Below, piece after piece: positions 37,687 through 47,481 of a stretch of DNA of 64,000 nucleotides. The number at the start of each line of letters is the position of its first letter. Within the stretch, counting starts at the first letter, position 1. The DNA lies in the IMG/VR virus record IMGVR_UViG_3300045988_091011, positions 50,138-114,137 of that record; one strand, 5' to 3'. This DNA is from a virus. The notes under the pieces are model-generated. The model ran no database searches. It saw only the letters and a program-made list of their open reading frames with translations, and was not told the origin of the DNA. Made by a program: the position numbers and the translations under genes.

Positions 37687-37738
37687 CTTCTTACATTTTT
37701 TTTGATTGATAATAGCACAAAGATAGGCAATTCTCGCC

Positions 37739-38305
37739 CTATTTCAACCTGCCGTAACTCATATCAGGATCACACCAGACATACCCGTCTTTCTCATCAT
37801 GGAGATACTCAGGACATCCTCTACATGCGCTACTTCCTGACACTATTTGATTGTTTTTATTAGGGCACTTATCTCCAGGTTTATGCCATTCTATTCTCGA
37901 ACCTGATCGCTCTTTGTTTACATGACAGAATTGAAATACTTTTCCCATCGTCTTCTCGCCAAACATACCTATATGTGTGTATTCTTCCGGTATAGAGAGA
38001 AATTCAGATAAATCTTTATACATCCTTTCCCGTTCCTCCGGCGTAGACCATAGTCTGTCAAGTTCGGCATGGACTCTTATCTTAAGAGATCTCAGTGATG
38101 GCCCCGCAAGCCGGCCTTTAGCTTTTCCCTTATTCGGCCCTGATTCATGAACACCGACATAAGCGTTGCATGGTTTACACATCATAACCATCCCTAAGCC
38201 TTTTCTGCTATATATTTTATCGGCATTTACCAGCTCAGTCTCTCTTCCGCAATAAGGACAAATTTCGCCTCTTAAAACCCGTTGTTGGCGCTCATTAAGT
38301 TCCAT
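37739..38305 (-). CDS. Zinc-ribbon protein, 188 aa.
   Basis: CPYCG...CKPC and CRGCPEY. Confidence 0.55.
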   Translation of the reverse strand: MELNERQQRVLRGEICPYCGRETELVNADKIYSRKGLGMVMMCKPCNAYVGVHESGPNKGKAKGRLAGPSLRSLKIRVHAELDRLWSTPEERERMYKDLSEFLSIPEEYTHIGMFGEKTMGKVFQFCHVNKERSGSRIEWHKPGDKCPNKNNQIVSGSSACRGCPEYLHDEKDGYVWCDPDMSYGRLK

Positions 38306-38550
38306 ACCCTATTCTTTTGTTTTTCTTTAAACTTTTCATACAAACTGTTTTCAGTTTCCATTTCCGAGATCTCTACCTCTACGTCCTCTCTTTTGAAAAT
38401 TACTTTCTTGGCTGTCGGATACGCACATTTAGAGATACGAATAGCATTACGAATAGCGTAAACAAAATACGTTTCTGGTGACGATTCGATCACCACTACC
38501 TCATTTAAAGTATTTTTATAATTTTCCATGTTGTTATCTACTTGCTTCAA
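38272..38550 (-). CDS. Hypothetical protein, 92 aa.
   Basis: Co-oriented ORF. Confidence 0.45.
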   Translation of the reverse strand: MKQVDNNMENYKNTLNEVVVIESSPETYFVYAIRNAIRISKCAYPTAKKVIFKREDVEVEISEMETENSLYEKFKEKQKNRVWNLMSANNGF

Positions 38551-38887
38551 TTATATAACCCGGATGATCTTCACACGCCTCTTTGTATTTGATAAGAAAC
38601 TTAAGAAATGAATCATAAGACCCCCATCCATTTTCTGGCTCGTATTTCAAAAGACTTTTTCTCTTGGAGATCATAATACATATACCTTTTGTAAGTACAT
38701 TCTTCATCTCATCGGTATCTATTTCCCTACCCAATTCTTCTGGTCTCCAAATATAATCGTACAGCGTTTCTTTATTTTCTGATACAAATATTCTTTGTGC
38801 CATCTTGTTCATGTTGTGGGTGATGTTTGCAACCCATTCACGATCCTCTTCTTTCTTCTTACTTTTAATATAAACGTCCAGGCTCAT
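38534..38887 (-). CDS. Hypothetical protein, 117 aa.
   Basis: Co-oriented ORF. Confidence 0.5.
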   Translation of the reverse strand: MSLDVYIKSKKKEEDREWVANITHNMNKMAQRIFVSENKETLYDYIWRPEELGREIDTDEMKNVLTKGICIMISKRKSLLKYEPENGWGSYDSFLKFLIKYKEACEDHPGYIIEASR

Positions 38888-39878
38888 ACTGTTTTTCTTT
38901 TACCTTGTTATTGATTATCAAATCTGCCACATCATCTCCGTCTCCTACATTTTCAACATTTTGAAGATAGTCCGATACTTTTATCCTTGACTTCATCATC
39001 ATCCCATCTATCTTTTTACTCCATGTCTCAAATGCTTGTCCTTTGTCCGGAAAAGCTACAGTCTTTCTATCTTTTAAGACATCTATCACTTCCGGCCTTA
39101 GATTCTGCAACCCACCGGTAGCTACAAATAACTCATCCGGTTTATTCACAGCGCATATAATAGCCGTCTTTTCTGATTCCACTAAATTAACCACCTTATC
39201 CGGATACTGGCTTAGAAGATGTTCTCCAAACAGGCATTGTCTAAACAAGAAGTCTCTTGCATGCAACGAGTGATAAAACATGACATGAGGTCGCTCATTG
39301 TCACCGTCTTTTTCCTTCACTCTTTTTACATCAATCTCATTCCCCTGGCTGTCGGTCTTTATATAAAAATCCATAATCTTGCCGGTTCTGCATACAAAGT
39401 CCTTATCTATCTGCCAGAATATACAACACCCTTTCCATCCCCATAAGTCCATTGTTCCAACATGATACCTTCTAAATACGTCAGATACCCTTTCTTTTCC
39501 CCATAGAGACGATAAAAATCTAAATACGGTGTTTCTATCGTCTGGAACTACAGTCCTCTCAAACTCGCTAAAAGGTATGTAATTTACAACGTCAGGATTT
39601 ACAGGAGGACGATAAGCTCTTATGCACTTATTTCCCGAAATCCAAAGATCTTTGTCACCTACATCCTTGCCGGTAGGTCGTTTATCATAACCGCAAGTTC
39701 GTTCATGATCGCATCTTCCAAACTCATTGCCAACGACCTGACCGGTCGCCACATCAATATAAGGGGTAAGGCACCGGCTTTTCCCGCAAGCCGGGCAGGT
39801 TAGCTTCAGTCGGCCCCTTCCGGGCCTGCGGTCAAGTTGAAACCGAGGTACGTTTTCGTATTTTCTAAAATCAAGCAT
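38865..39878 (-). CDS. Putative DNA primase (N-terminal zinc ribbon plus a Toprim-like region).
   Basis: CPACGKS...CDHERTC zinc ribbon. VNLVESEKTAIICAV...ATGGLQN...VAFPDKG resembles a Toprim core. Sits in the replication module next to the helicases. Confidence 0.4.
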   Translation of the reverse strand: MLDFRKYENVPRFQLDRRPGRGRLKLTCPACGKSRCLTPYIDVATGQVVGNEFGRCDHERTCGYDKRPTGKDVGDKDLWISGNKCIRAYRPPVNPDVVNYIPFSEFERTVVPDDRNTVFRFLSSLWGKERVSDVFRRYHVGTMDLWGWKGCCIFWQIDKDFVCRTGKIMDFYIKTDSQGNEIDVKRVKEKDGDNERPHVMFYHSLHARDFLFRQCLFGEHLLSQYPDKVVNLVESEKTAIICAVNKPDELFVATGGLQNLRPEVIDVLKDRKTVAFPDKGQAFETWSKKIDGMMMKSRIKVSDYLQNVENVGDGDDVADLIINNKVKEKQYEPGRLY

Positions 39879-39900
39879 CCTTAGCTCCTCTCATTGCTTT

Positions 39901-41229
39901 TTATATCATGAATCTTTTAGACATTTCCTCTGCAATATCATATACAACCGTATGATCTTCTTCATTGTACGGCTTATTGATATTCAACACTCCTTTTCTC
40001 ACTTTAAACTTCTTATCTTTTCTAAGGTGATTCAACATACCTTGTTGGAACACACAGTCCGCCTTTTCAAGTGCTACACTGTCTTCTGTCCATTCTTTCA
40101 GCGTATATCCTTTACTGCTCGTGCTTTTTGGAGAAAAGTTCATAATACGTGCATCAATGCCATACCATGCTTTAACCATTCTTCTTTCAGCTTCCAATTG
40201 GAATGCATATGATTCCCATATTCCTCCCGATTTAAAGTCAAGAATGACCACTTCTTCTTTTTCCACTTCTCTTACTTCCTTCTTCGGATCACCTTTTTTG
40301 AACTGTCCGGTAGCCCTTTGATACACGGCTCCAAAATAACCTTCTTCTTTGTATTTGAATGTCATTTTAACCATCGCATCAATAGGTGTTGCTACAAGGT
40401 AATCCTCTAAAGAAAGGATTCTTTCTATCATCATCGGTTTCACCTTGTAATCAGAACAGAATTTGGCAAACTTCATGACCCTGACAATCATATCGTCAAG
40501 ATCATCTATGCTATTAAAGAACCGATCAAGATTTTTCTTAGATATCTTCAGCTTGCCTTCTTGCACTGTCTTAACCACAAAGCTTCGATTTAAGACCATA
40601 TCTCTACCTGTTAGGTACAATCCGTATAAGTAGTGCATGATCGTTCCCTTATCGGCTTCATACTGCGCTACCTCTTCTGGATTGCGACCAAGCATCTTTA
40701 TCTCTTGCTTCCATTCCTGAAGTGCTGTCTTATCATCTACATACCCATCTTTGATTAAAGTTGTTACCGAAGCATATATCTTAGCCGTCCCATCATCCAT
40801 CTTTCTTACATAAAAACGATTATCGTCTAATGTCAATCTTACGAATTTGGGGGTCTCAATCTTCTTTAACTCATCACAGATATAAAACGGCTCTAATGTT
40901 TCCTGATTTTCTGTAAACGGATTCGAATCTTCTTCTCCAGGGTTAGGAGCGGCTTCCTCTGCCGGAGCTTCCGGTTCTTCTCCCTGGGCCTGCTCTGGCT
41001 CAGGCGCCGGCTCTTCAACTACTGGAACCTGTCCGCCTCTTTCTGCTATGTCTTTGTTTTTTATTAAAGACATAACTTCCTTTCTCAATTGCTCCGGTGT
41101 TTGATTAGGATCTGACACCGACATCACAACATCGTTCATTCTAAACAACGTATTTTCTACTCCTTCCACCATAGGGACAAACCCTAAATCTGTTAATATT
41201 TTAATCTTTTCTTCTATCATACCTGTCAA
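39901..41229 (-). CDS. Hypothetical protein, 442 aa, with an acidic Pro/Glu-rich linker. Possible PD-(D/E)XK motif (PIDAMV ... VVILDFKSG).
   Basis: ORF. The motif resemblance is weak. Confidence 0.55.
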   Translation of the reverse strand: MTGMIEEKIKILTDLGFVPMVEGVENTLFRMNDVVMSVSDPNQTPEQLRKEVMSLIKNKDIAERGGQVPVVEEPAPEPEQAQGEEPEAPAEEAAPNPGEEDSNPFTENQETLEPFYICDELKKIETPKFVRLTLDDNRFYVRKMDDGTAKIYASVTTLIKDGYVDDKTALQEWKQEIKMLGRNPEEVAQYEADKGTIMHYLYGLYLTGRDMVLNRSFVVKTVQEGKLKISKKNLDRFFNSIDDLDDMIVRVMKFAKFCSDYKVKPMMIERILSLEDYLVATPIDAMVKMTFKYKEEGYFGAVYQRATGQFKKGDPKKEVREVEKEEVVILDFKSGGIWESYAFQLEAERRMVKAWYGIDARIMNFSPKSTSSKGYTLKEWTEDSVALEKADCVFQQGMLNHLRKDKKFKVRKGVLNINKPYNEEDHTVVYDIAEEMSKRFMI

Positions 41230-41728
41230 TTATTTCAATAATCAACCTACCTCTTTCTTTGATCATTCCCCTGCTTTCCATATCCAGTACCTTCTTTACC
41301 GCATACTTCCACACAAAAGGAAATTCTGTTTCAAGTTTATCAAATTCCATCCGGTCAAGATACATGTCGAATACCGTATGCTCCGATTCATGTAGAAAAA
41401 CTATATTATCTCTGCAAGTGGCAACCGACTTATATATCCTTTTTGGAAGTATGTGACATACGTTACATACTGTAGGAAAATGAATAGCCCTACCAGTCAT
41501 AGACATCCGAATACTATTCAGCTCTTCCAGCATAAGACGAAAAAACCCGGATAAATCCGGGTTCTCTAACTTTTTCTTCTTGCTGCTGTTTTTAATGGAT
41601 GTAATTCTGTTTTTTTTCTTCGGAGTCAACTCTTTGCTCCTGCAAGCCTGGCATAAGCCATGACTTCTTATCATCACTTTTCGTCCGCATCGTTCGCAGA
41701 CGTATAGCTTCTTTTCCTTGCTTTCCAT
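41201..41728 (-). CDS. Zinc-ribbon protein with a possible compact HNH-like motif.
   Basis: CERCGRK...CQAC at the N-terminus. CNVCHILPKR...CRDN...LHESEH resembles H-N-H spacing. Confidence 0.4.
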   Translation of the reverse strand: MESKEKKLYVCERCGRKVMIRSHGLCQACRSKELTPKKKNRITSIKNSSKKKKLENPDLSGFFRLMLEELNSIRMSMTGRAIHFPTVCNVCHILPKRIYKSVATCRDNIVFLHESEHTVFDMYLDRMEFDKLETEFPFVWKYAVKKVLDMESRGMIKERGRLIIEIIDRYDRRKD

Positions 41729-41913
41729 TCGAATAATAATGATATTATTGAAAAGAACAATCCCGCTGAAGCCAGTAGATAAGGTACGTTCATTAATAAT
41801 TTAGATACCTCGTCTGTCTTAATCACTATCAGAAGGAAAGCGCCTGCTGAAAGCAATGATATTATCGCCACAACAAGCGCTATGTTGGAAACTACATCAG
41901 CCTTACTCTTCAC
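41674..41913 (-). CDS. Small membrane protein, 79 aa (two TM helices).
   Basis: Hydrophobic segments. Overlaps the end of the previous ORF. Confidence 0.4.
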   Translation of the reverse strand: MKSKADVVSNIALVVAIISLLSAGAFLLIVIKTDEVSKLLMNVPYLLASAGLFFSIISLLFEWKARKRSYTSANDADEK

Positions 41914-42373
41914 TCTTCTTCTCGCCTAATTTTTCAGCTCCCTTCTGAAGATCATATTTGAATACGTCAATGATCTTCGTTTCAGCAATAGCTTCGCAAT
42001 TCCAGTCGCCCAACGTACCCTGCATGCCTTTAGTCAACACAGCTTCGGCATCCTTGGGATTGCCGGCCTGGACATACATATAGCATGGTGTTTTCTTTTC
42101 TTTACCTTTCTTTTCATCCAGTGTAATGTAATTCACCTTACACTTATACCAGTACTCAGCTTCTCCGTTGAAGAAGATTTCCGACACTTTAATAGGATTA
42201 ATTTTTACAACCTCGAAAGAATTGTACAAATCCTTAAAGATCTCCAACGATCTTGATTCTGCCTCTGTGTAAGACAAGGCATCTACCAAATACTTTTCAG
42301 TTACTTTCTTTTTTTTGCCGTTCTCGATATTATCAATCTCGGCTTTTACTGTGATTTCAAACCAACGATTCAT
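41903..42373 (-). CDS. Hypothetical protein (about 156 aa from ATG 42373; the track start 42400 is a TTG).
   Basis: ORF immediately downstream of iscB. Confidence 0.5.
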   Translation of the reverse strand: MNRWFEITVKAEIDNIENGKKKKVTEKYLVDALSYTEAESRSLEIFKDLYNSFEVVKINPIKVSEIFFNGEAEYWYKCKVNYITLDEKKGKEKKTPCYMYVQAGNPKDAEAVLTKGMQGTLGDWNCEAIAETKIIDVFKYDLQKGAEKLGEKKSEE

Positions 42374-42396
42374 GTCTATATTTTTATTCAAATTAA

Positions 42397-43623
42397 TCAA
42401 TCCATTTCCTTTTGTACCATAAAGCGTTTACACCTTGATAATTTCAATTTCTTGTATGTAATATCTCTTTGGTTTTTACCATCAATATCTCGAATATTAA
42501 AACTACCGGTTTTACGCCTTGCGAATATAAAATAATAACTGTTTTCAAACATAACCCTATCAAACAATCGGAAACCAAAAACTTCAAAAGGAGATTGATT
42601 TGGTCTTTTTATCCCTCCTTTTGGAATCTTTTGTTTATGGATCTGACGATTATGTCTTCTTACTAATCTTACTTTATAATAATATCCTAACCTTATAGCA
42701 TCAAAGTTTTTAGAAATAACAAATGCATCGAAAACATGAGATTTTTCAATACCATGTTTAATCCTATTGTATTTTGTAACATAACCGAAAGTCATAGAAA
42801 CTCTGTTGTATTTAGACCTTAGTTCTTCATACAATCTCCATTTCATTATTCCCATTACGGCTGCGTCGCGAAGCGACGATCCCCGTTTGATCTTTAAATC
42901 TATATTACCTTTATGGTATTCTTTATGACAAGTTTCACATAAGGTAATAAGATTAGATGGGGAATCTCCACCTGTCTTTCGTGATTCAATATGATGAACA
43001 TTCAATACTGGGTCTTTTGACTTTCCCTTACAATGCTGGCATTTATGTCCATCTCTTGCTAAAACATATTCCCTAACGTTCCAAAATCCAAGTTGATCAC
43101 CCTCCTGATATTCTTTACCTGATATATTAGGATTGTTAATCTTTTGAGTATCAAATTGAGCTACTTCGATAACAATACGAGATATTGGTAATATAGAACA
43201 TACATTGTCAATAACACGAATATGGGCGTCTACTTTGTATTTCACCGAAGGTGCTACCCATCCCGGACGCTTACTTTTTATTCTATTATCAAAACGAGGT
43301 TTTCTATATCTCAATCTATTTCGTCTTGTTTTCCGTAGCTCCCTTCTGGTAGACAAAAGATCTACGATATCATTTCTAAGAATAACTTCACTGCTGTAAA
43401 GTTCTTTGCTTTTCGTCGTTGCTGATAGACCAACGTGTTTAGTTCCAGCATCAACGCCTAACACAATTTCTTGTTTGTAATCAGATGTTACGTACGTTAA
43501 TTTGATGGTAAACGGACATAGGTTTACAACGACTGCCTTTTTGTCTTTAAGCAATCGCCTAACCTTTCCATGCCTTGTTGTAGGCATCAAAGGTTTACCA
43601 TTTATGTCTTGTACGTACACCAT
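42397..43623 (-). CDS. iscB: IscB OMEGA nuclease (PLMP, split RuvC and HNH domains), 408 aa, catalytic motifs intact.
   Basis: PLMP motif GKPLMPTTRHGKVRRLL. RuvC-I VLGVDAGTKHVGLS. Arg-rich bridge helix RRELRKTRRNRLRYRKPRF. RuvC-II IVIEVAQFD. HNH CQHCKGK...NVHHIESRKTGGDSPSNLITLCETCH. RuvC-III HVFDAFVISKNF. Confidence 0.85.
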   Translation of the reverse strand: MVYVQDINGKPLMPTTRHGKVRRLLKDKKAVVVNLCPFTIKLTYVTSDYKQEIVLGVDAGTKHVGLSATTKSKELYSSEVILRNDIVDLLSTRRELRKTRRNRLRYRKPRFDNRIKSKRPGWVAPSVKYKVDAHIRVIDNVCSILPISRIVIEVAQFDTQKINNPNISGKEYQEGDQLGFWNVREYVLARDGHKCQHCKGKSKDPVLNVHHIESRKTGGDSPSNLITLCETCHKEYHKGNIDLKIKRGSSLRDAAVMGIMKWRLYEELRSKYNRVSMTFGYVTKYNRIKHGIEKSHVFDAFVISKNFDAIRLGYYYKVRLVRRHNRQIHKQKIPKGGIKRPNQSPFEVFGFRLFDRVMFENSYYFIFARRKTGSFNIRDIDGKNQRDITYKKLKLSRCKRFMVQKEMD

Positions 43624-43639
43624 ATCTACAAACGTTTTT

Positions 43640-43880
43640 AATGTTTATTCAACATAAGTCAGAGTGAAACTCTGTTAGTACCCATCGCCAATGTTATTTA
43701 AGGTTTTTTTTGTAAGCAACACTGTTCCTGAATACCAGAACTGTTTAATCACTTACCTTAGAGCTACGAACTTGGGCAAACATCCGTAGGTAACTATCTA
43801 TTCTTAAATAACGTAGTGTTTGTTTCAACACTTAGGCTAATAATCGGAATAGCTTTTGGCTATTATGCATAATACAATAC
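43640..43880 (-). ncRNA. Candidate omegaRNA (HEARO-like) scaffold of the IscB.
   Basis: Located 5' of iscB on the same strand. Its 166-nt core 43678-43843 is conserved at a second locus, with compensatory stem changes. Multiple hairpins. Confidence 0.45.
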
Positions 43881-44081
43881 AAATTGTTTATGATTTGTAT
43901 GGGTTATGCATTATTCTCGATTATTTACTATCGTAGCCACGAAATACTTACACCCCTCTAAGTGCGTCAGGGCTTCAATCATAGCATTCTTTATCTCTTT
44001 TTCTTCCATTCTGTTTGTTTTTTGGACAAAGATATGTCTTTTGATAATAAAAAAGATTCAAAATGATTTAATTTAGCTTAA

Positions 44082-44750
44082 TTACTGCTCTTTTGATTCG
44101 CCCGGTATAGGCATGTCAAACTTTTTTCTGATAAACGACTCTGTTTCTTCATTGAACGGATAAGCCTCCTTAATAAAATTCATAGCTACTTCCATGTCAC
44201 CGTCTGCTATATCTTTATACCTTTCAAAGATACCAACCAGGTCATTGTTGTATGAACGCTCTTGTTTTATGTTGTACACGTATTTCAACACCCTATCTTT
44301 GATTTCATTGGCTTTTTTCACAGTATCATTGAAAGAATTTATACTTTCCAATTCTGGATCTTTGTTTTCCTTGTTTACCTTATCAAACTCTTCCTTACTA
44401 TATACTGCTGCTCCTTCAATGGCTGGGCAAACGTTTTCCTTTATAACCCAAAATGACTCATACGAGCCTGTCATATACTTCAATTCTGTTTTAAATGCAT
44501 CATACTTAACAAGCAAATTAGCCACCTCAGTTGCACCTTCTATGGTTCTAAAACCGATGCCGATATCTTTTAATACGAATACCGGAACTCCCATTCTTGG
44601 ATACACGACTTCTTTTTTGTTCTTTATATTCCAATTTTTAGCTTCAATTGGAATACCTTTACCAGCAAGCTCTTTGTCTATATACAGATATATCTCTTTG
44701 CATGTCAATGACACAATCTCATCTCTGCTTAAATCAAAAACTGTTTTCAT
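44082..44750 (-). CDS. Hypothetical protein, 222 aa.
   Basis: Co-oriented ORF. Confidence 0.6.
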   Translation of the reverse strand: MKTVFDLSRDEIVSLTCKEIYLYIDKELAGKGIPIEAKNWNIKNKKEVVYPRMGVPVFVLKDIGIGFRTIEGATEVANLLVKYDAFKTELKYMTGSYESFWVIKENVCPAIEGAAVYSKEEFDKVNKENKDPELESINSFNDTVKKANEIKDRVLKYVYNIKQERSYNNDLVGIFERYKDIADGDMEVAMNFIKEAYPFNEETESFIRKKFDMPIPGESKEQ

Positions 44751-44950
44751 TTCTTTTTATTTATTAAATTAAACAATCTACCTCTTTGTTCAGGCTCCGT
44801 ATATTCTACCCATATATCGGCTGCCACATTTCTAAGAAATTCCATAAAGTCTTGATGATCCCTGTATTCAGCAGAATCAACTTTTCTCACAAAACTTAGA
44901 ATTTCCTTTAGCATTTTATTGTTTTCTTCAAGAAACTCTCTGTCGGTCAT
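44747..44950 (-). CDS. Hypothetical protein, 67 aa.
   Basis: Co-oriented ORF. Confidence 0.45.
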   Translation of the reverse strand: MTDREFLEENNKMLKEILSFVRKVDSAEYRDHQDFMEFLRNVAADIWVEYTEPEQRGRLFNLINKKK

Positions 44951-44971
44951 GATCTCGTGAAAATATATTAT

Positions 44972-45307
44972 TCAACATGTAATAGGCAGTAAATTTTCGA
45001 TGTAGGCCCATCTTACGATATGGAAAATTCTAACAGCTATTTTCCAATTAGAGTTATTTGGCCCACAGACAATAGGAGTTCCATCTTGTTTAATAGCAAT
45101 CAACATTCCACTGTGTTGTGGTGTTTCGCTTGCATCATGCCACGCGCTGCTGATGCTCCATTCTGCACCTGCCATGAAGTCTTCATAGCAATTATCCTTG
45201 CGTAAAACATAATCGTCTGCATCCACTTCTTTGAGAACGTTTCGCCGAAAATGTGTTTTACCTATGGTATAATCTTTTGCTGCTTTTTCAATATCTTCTC
45301 GTTTCAT
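44972..45307 (-). CDS. Hypothetical protein, 111 aa.
   Basis: Co-oriented ORF. Confidence 0.5.
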   Translation of the reverse strand: MKREDIEKAAKDYTIGKTHFRRNVLKEVDADDYVLRKDNCYEDFMAGAEWSISSAWHDASETPQHSGMLIAIKQDGTPIVCGPNNSNWKIAVRIFHIVRWAYIENLLPITC

Positions 45308-45359
45308 TTCTTTTTAGTTATTCGTTAAATACAATTTGTTCGATATGTGTATTCATCAA

Positions 45360-45584
45360 TCATATCATTACCGATAATCTCAGGTAGCTCAAAAATCTTG
45401 TAACCGGACAAACATGTGCTTCAATCTCCACACAAAGACCGTCACCCGGTATATAGGCACAACCTACGTTATTATTCCAGTTTATATGCTTTTGGGCTGC
45501 TTTAGCTACTTTATCGCAAGCTGATAAGTATTCAGTATATTTACTGTTAGCTCTTTTTATTTTCCTGAATAGTATATCGTTCAT
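45360..45584 (-). CDS. Hypothetical protein, 74 aa.
   Basis: Co-oriented ORF. Confidence 0.45.
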   Translation of the reverse strand: MNDILFRKIKRANSKYTEYLSACDKVAKAAQKHINWNNNVGCAYIPGDGLCVEIEAHVCPVTRFLSYLRLSVMI

Positions 45585-45598
45585 TTCTTTTTATATTA

Positions 45599-45862
45599 TT
45601 ACCAATCTCCGCCATCATTCGGTATTCCATCAATGATGGTTATACTATTTTCAATGTTACTGCCTCCATATTGCGTAAATTCCGGTGTGGGATTATAGTT
45701 TGTATCTCCATGCATCATTACATGTAATGTTCCGCTTGCTGAATATATCCATAATCGTTTCCCATCTTTCTTCCATTTTTTGGCAAGCCTCTTAAATGAA
45801 TCAATTAGCTTGCATTCTTCTTCCGTGCATTCTATTCCGGCTTCTGTTCTGTATTTGCTCAT
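45599..45862 (-). CDS. Hypothetical protein, 87 aa.
   Basis: Co-oriented ORF. Confidence 0.5.
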   Translation of the reverse strand: MSKYRTEAGIECTEEECKLIDSFKRLAKKWKKDGKRLWIYSASGTLHVMMHGDTNYNPTPEFTQYGGSNIENSITIIDGIPNDGGDW

Positions 45863-46015
45863 ATCTTTTTAAAGTTTATCTATTATTTTGTCACCCATTT
45901 CCTGCCATTCATCACTCACGCTTATAACCAATCCCATGACAGTGAATGATAATAACAACGTAAAAATAAGCCATAACAGAAAGCAGATAAAAACACATAC
46001 ATACCTCATGATTTT

Positions 46016-46762
46016 TTAGTTGTTAGATAAAAGCAAAATCGGTTCATTTGACTCCGCAATTGCTTTTATTTGTTCTGGATTGATAAAACTCTTAATTTGT
46101 TCGCTTGTCTTACAAATAGACTTGATTATATCAACGAATAATTTCGAGGTACATTCGTTACATTCCACTTCCATTACCGGTTGATGCCGATTGTATGATG
46201 TGCATGCTACACAATTCAGCCAGTGCGCATAAGTTCCTTTTTCTGTACTTAATCTATCGTATTCTACTTTTGTCTCTCCATTTCCATATTCAATTACTCT
46301 TTTTAGAAATGGTTTTGCATAAACACTAAAACCGAAAGGTCGGGCATTTAAAGCATGTAAACGAGAAGTTCCATATCTCCATTCTCCGTTTTCATCACCT
46401 CCTGTCCATTCTTTAGAGGTATTAGGGGCAATGTCTCCGTTTTTGTCATAAGAAAACATACATGTTGTTTCCAATTGGTACTTAATAATAGATACTTCTT
46501 CTACTATTTTACAACTCAAACATCTCTTCAGAACTTCCCTGATTTGACTTTCCAAATCGGAAAGTGCTATACTATTGAAATATCCTTCGTTGCCCAATCT
46601 GTTTGTAGGTAATTTGATCCCATAAGAATGAATCTTATCCACATCTTCTTTTGACAAGGTAGTGGTAAACACTCCTTCTTTGGTGACATTCACTTTAACA
46701 GTTACAGACAAACTGTTATTAGCGTTCTTTTCCGTTATATTTAGTGTTGTTAATGCTGCCAT
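46016..46762 (-). CDS. Hypothetical protein, 248 aa, with Cys pairs (CLSCK, CVAC, CNEC).
   Basis: Co-oriented ORF. Confidence 0.6.
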   Translation of the reverse strand: MAALTTLNITEKNANNSLSVTVKVNVTKEGVFTTTLSKEDVDKIHSYGIKLPTNRLGNEGYFNSIALSDLESQIREVLKRCLSCKIVEEVSIIKYQLETTCMFSYDKNGDIAPNTSKEWTGGDENGEWRYGTSRLHALNARPFGFSVYAKPFLKRVIEYGNGETKVEYDRLSTEKGTYAHWLNCVACTSYNRHQPVMEVECNECTSKLFVDIIKSICKTSEQIKSFINPEQIKAIAESNEPILLLSNN

Positions 46763-46780
46763 AATCAGATCTTTTTTAAA

Positions 46781-47032
46781 TCAATTTGAATAAATATAAT
46801 GCATTCCTGCTTCATATACCTTATGTACATCAGGGTCATTCTTGTCTTCCGGTTCCAATTCACTCTCTTCACAAGTATAATCCCATTCAGTATTATAGTA
46901 CAAATCCTCGTCTGTTTTCTCCAAGGAACAATCTTTCATTAGATTCATATTTTCTCCCCAGACTGCAACTTCTTTCTGTTGCTCTTCTTCTGTCATAAGG
47001 GATATTTTGTCTTTCAATTCTTTCCAGGTCAT
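46781..47032 (-). CDS. Hypothetical acidic protein, 83 aa.
   Basis: Co-oriented ORF. Confidence 0.5.
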   Translation of the reverse strand: MTWKELKDKISLMTEEEQQKEVAVWGENMNLMKDCSLEKTDEDLYYNTEWDYTCEESELEPEDKNDPDVHKVYEAGMHYIYSN

Positions 47033-47056
47033 GATTTCTAAAATATGATCAATAAT

Positions 47057-47440
47057 TCATTCTACATCAAAAAGTTGATCTAACACCAATAATTCGGCAT
47101 CCATATCTTCATCTTTCGGGAAACGAACTTTTATGTTTCCGAACTTAGATGTCTTAAACAAGATGTAGGGGTTCATGTCTTCGGCAGTCACCGGCTTATA
47201 TTCCTTAACTTCCGACATCTTGAGATACCAGTCGCCTATTTTTACAAATCCGGAGAAGACAGGACACAGATGCGCTTTTACAGACTGTATCTCCTTTTTA
47301 TCTTTGAAAGGTATAATTTCGTCCTTTCCCCTTATCCTGATTGACAGAAAAGGACGAATGTTATCTGTTTCATTTTGGAACTTGAAGCCTGTTATAGCTT
47401 GCTTGGGGATTCTTCTTCCCATTAATATGAAATAAGCCAT
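47057..47440 (-). CDS. Hypothetical protein, 127 aa.
   Basis: Co-oriented ORF. Confidence 0.5.
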   Translation of the reverse strand: MAYFILMGRRIPKQAITGFKFQNETDNIRPFLSIRIRGKDEIIPFKDKKEIQSVKAHLCPVFSGFVKIGDWYLKMSEVKEYKPVTAEDMNPYILFKTSKFGNIKVRFPKDEDMDAELLVLDQLFDVE

Positions 47441-47481
47441 TGTGATAAGTTTATAAAAAAAATGGTATATAATTACTTCAA

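Larger units (their letters stand above)
42374..43900 (-). mobile_element. IscB-type IS200/IS605-like element (an omegaRNA-like scaffold upstream of iscB; no tnpA).
   Basis: Complete IscB ORF plus an upstream conserved structured non-coding segment in a 460-bp gap. Region visibly AT-rich. Boundaries approximate. Confidence 0.5.

Noticed and set aside
39901-41229. Considered a confident PD-(D/E)XK nuclease call for the 442-aa protein.
   Set aside because: Only ILDFKSG plus a possible upstream PIDAMV. Spacing is atypical. Left as hypothetical with the motif noted.
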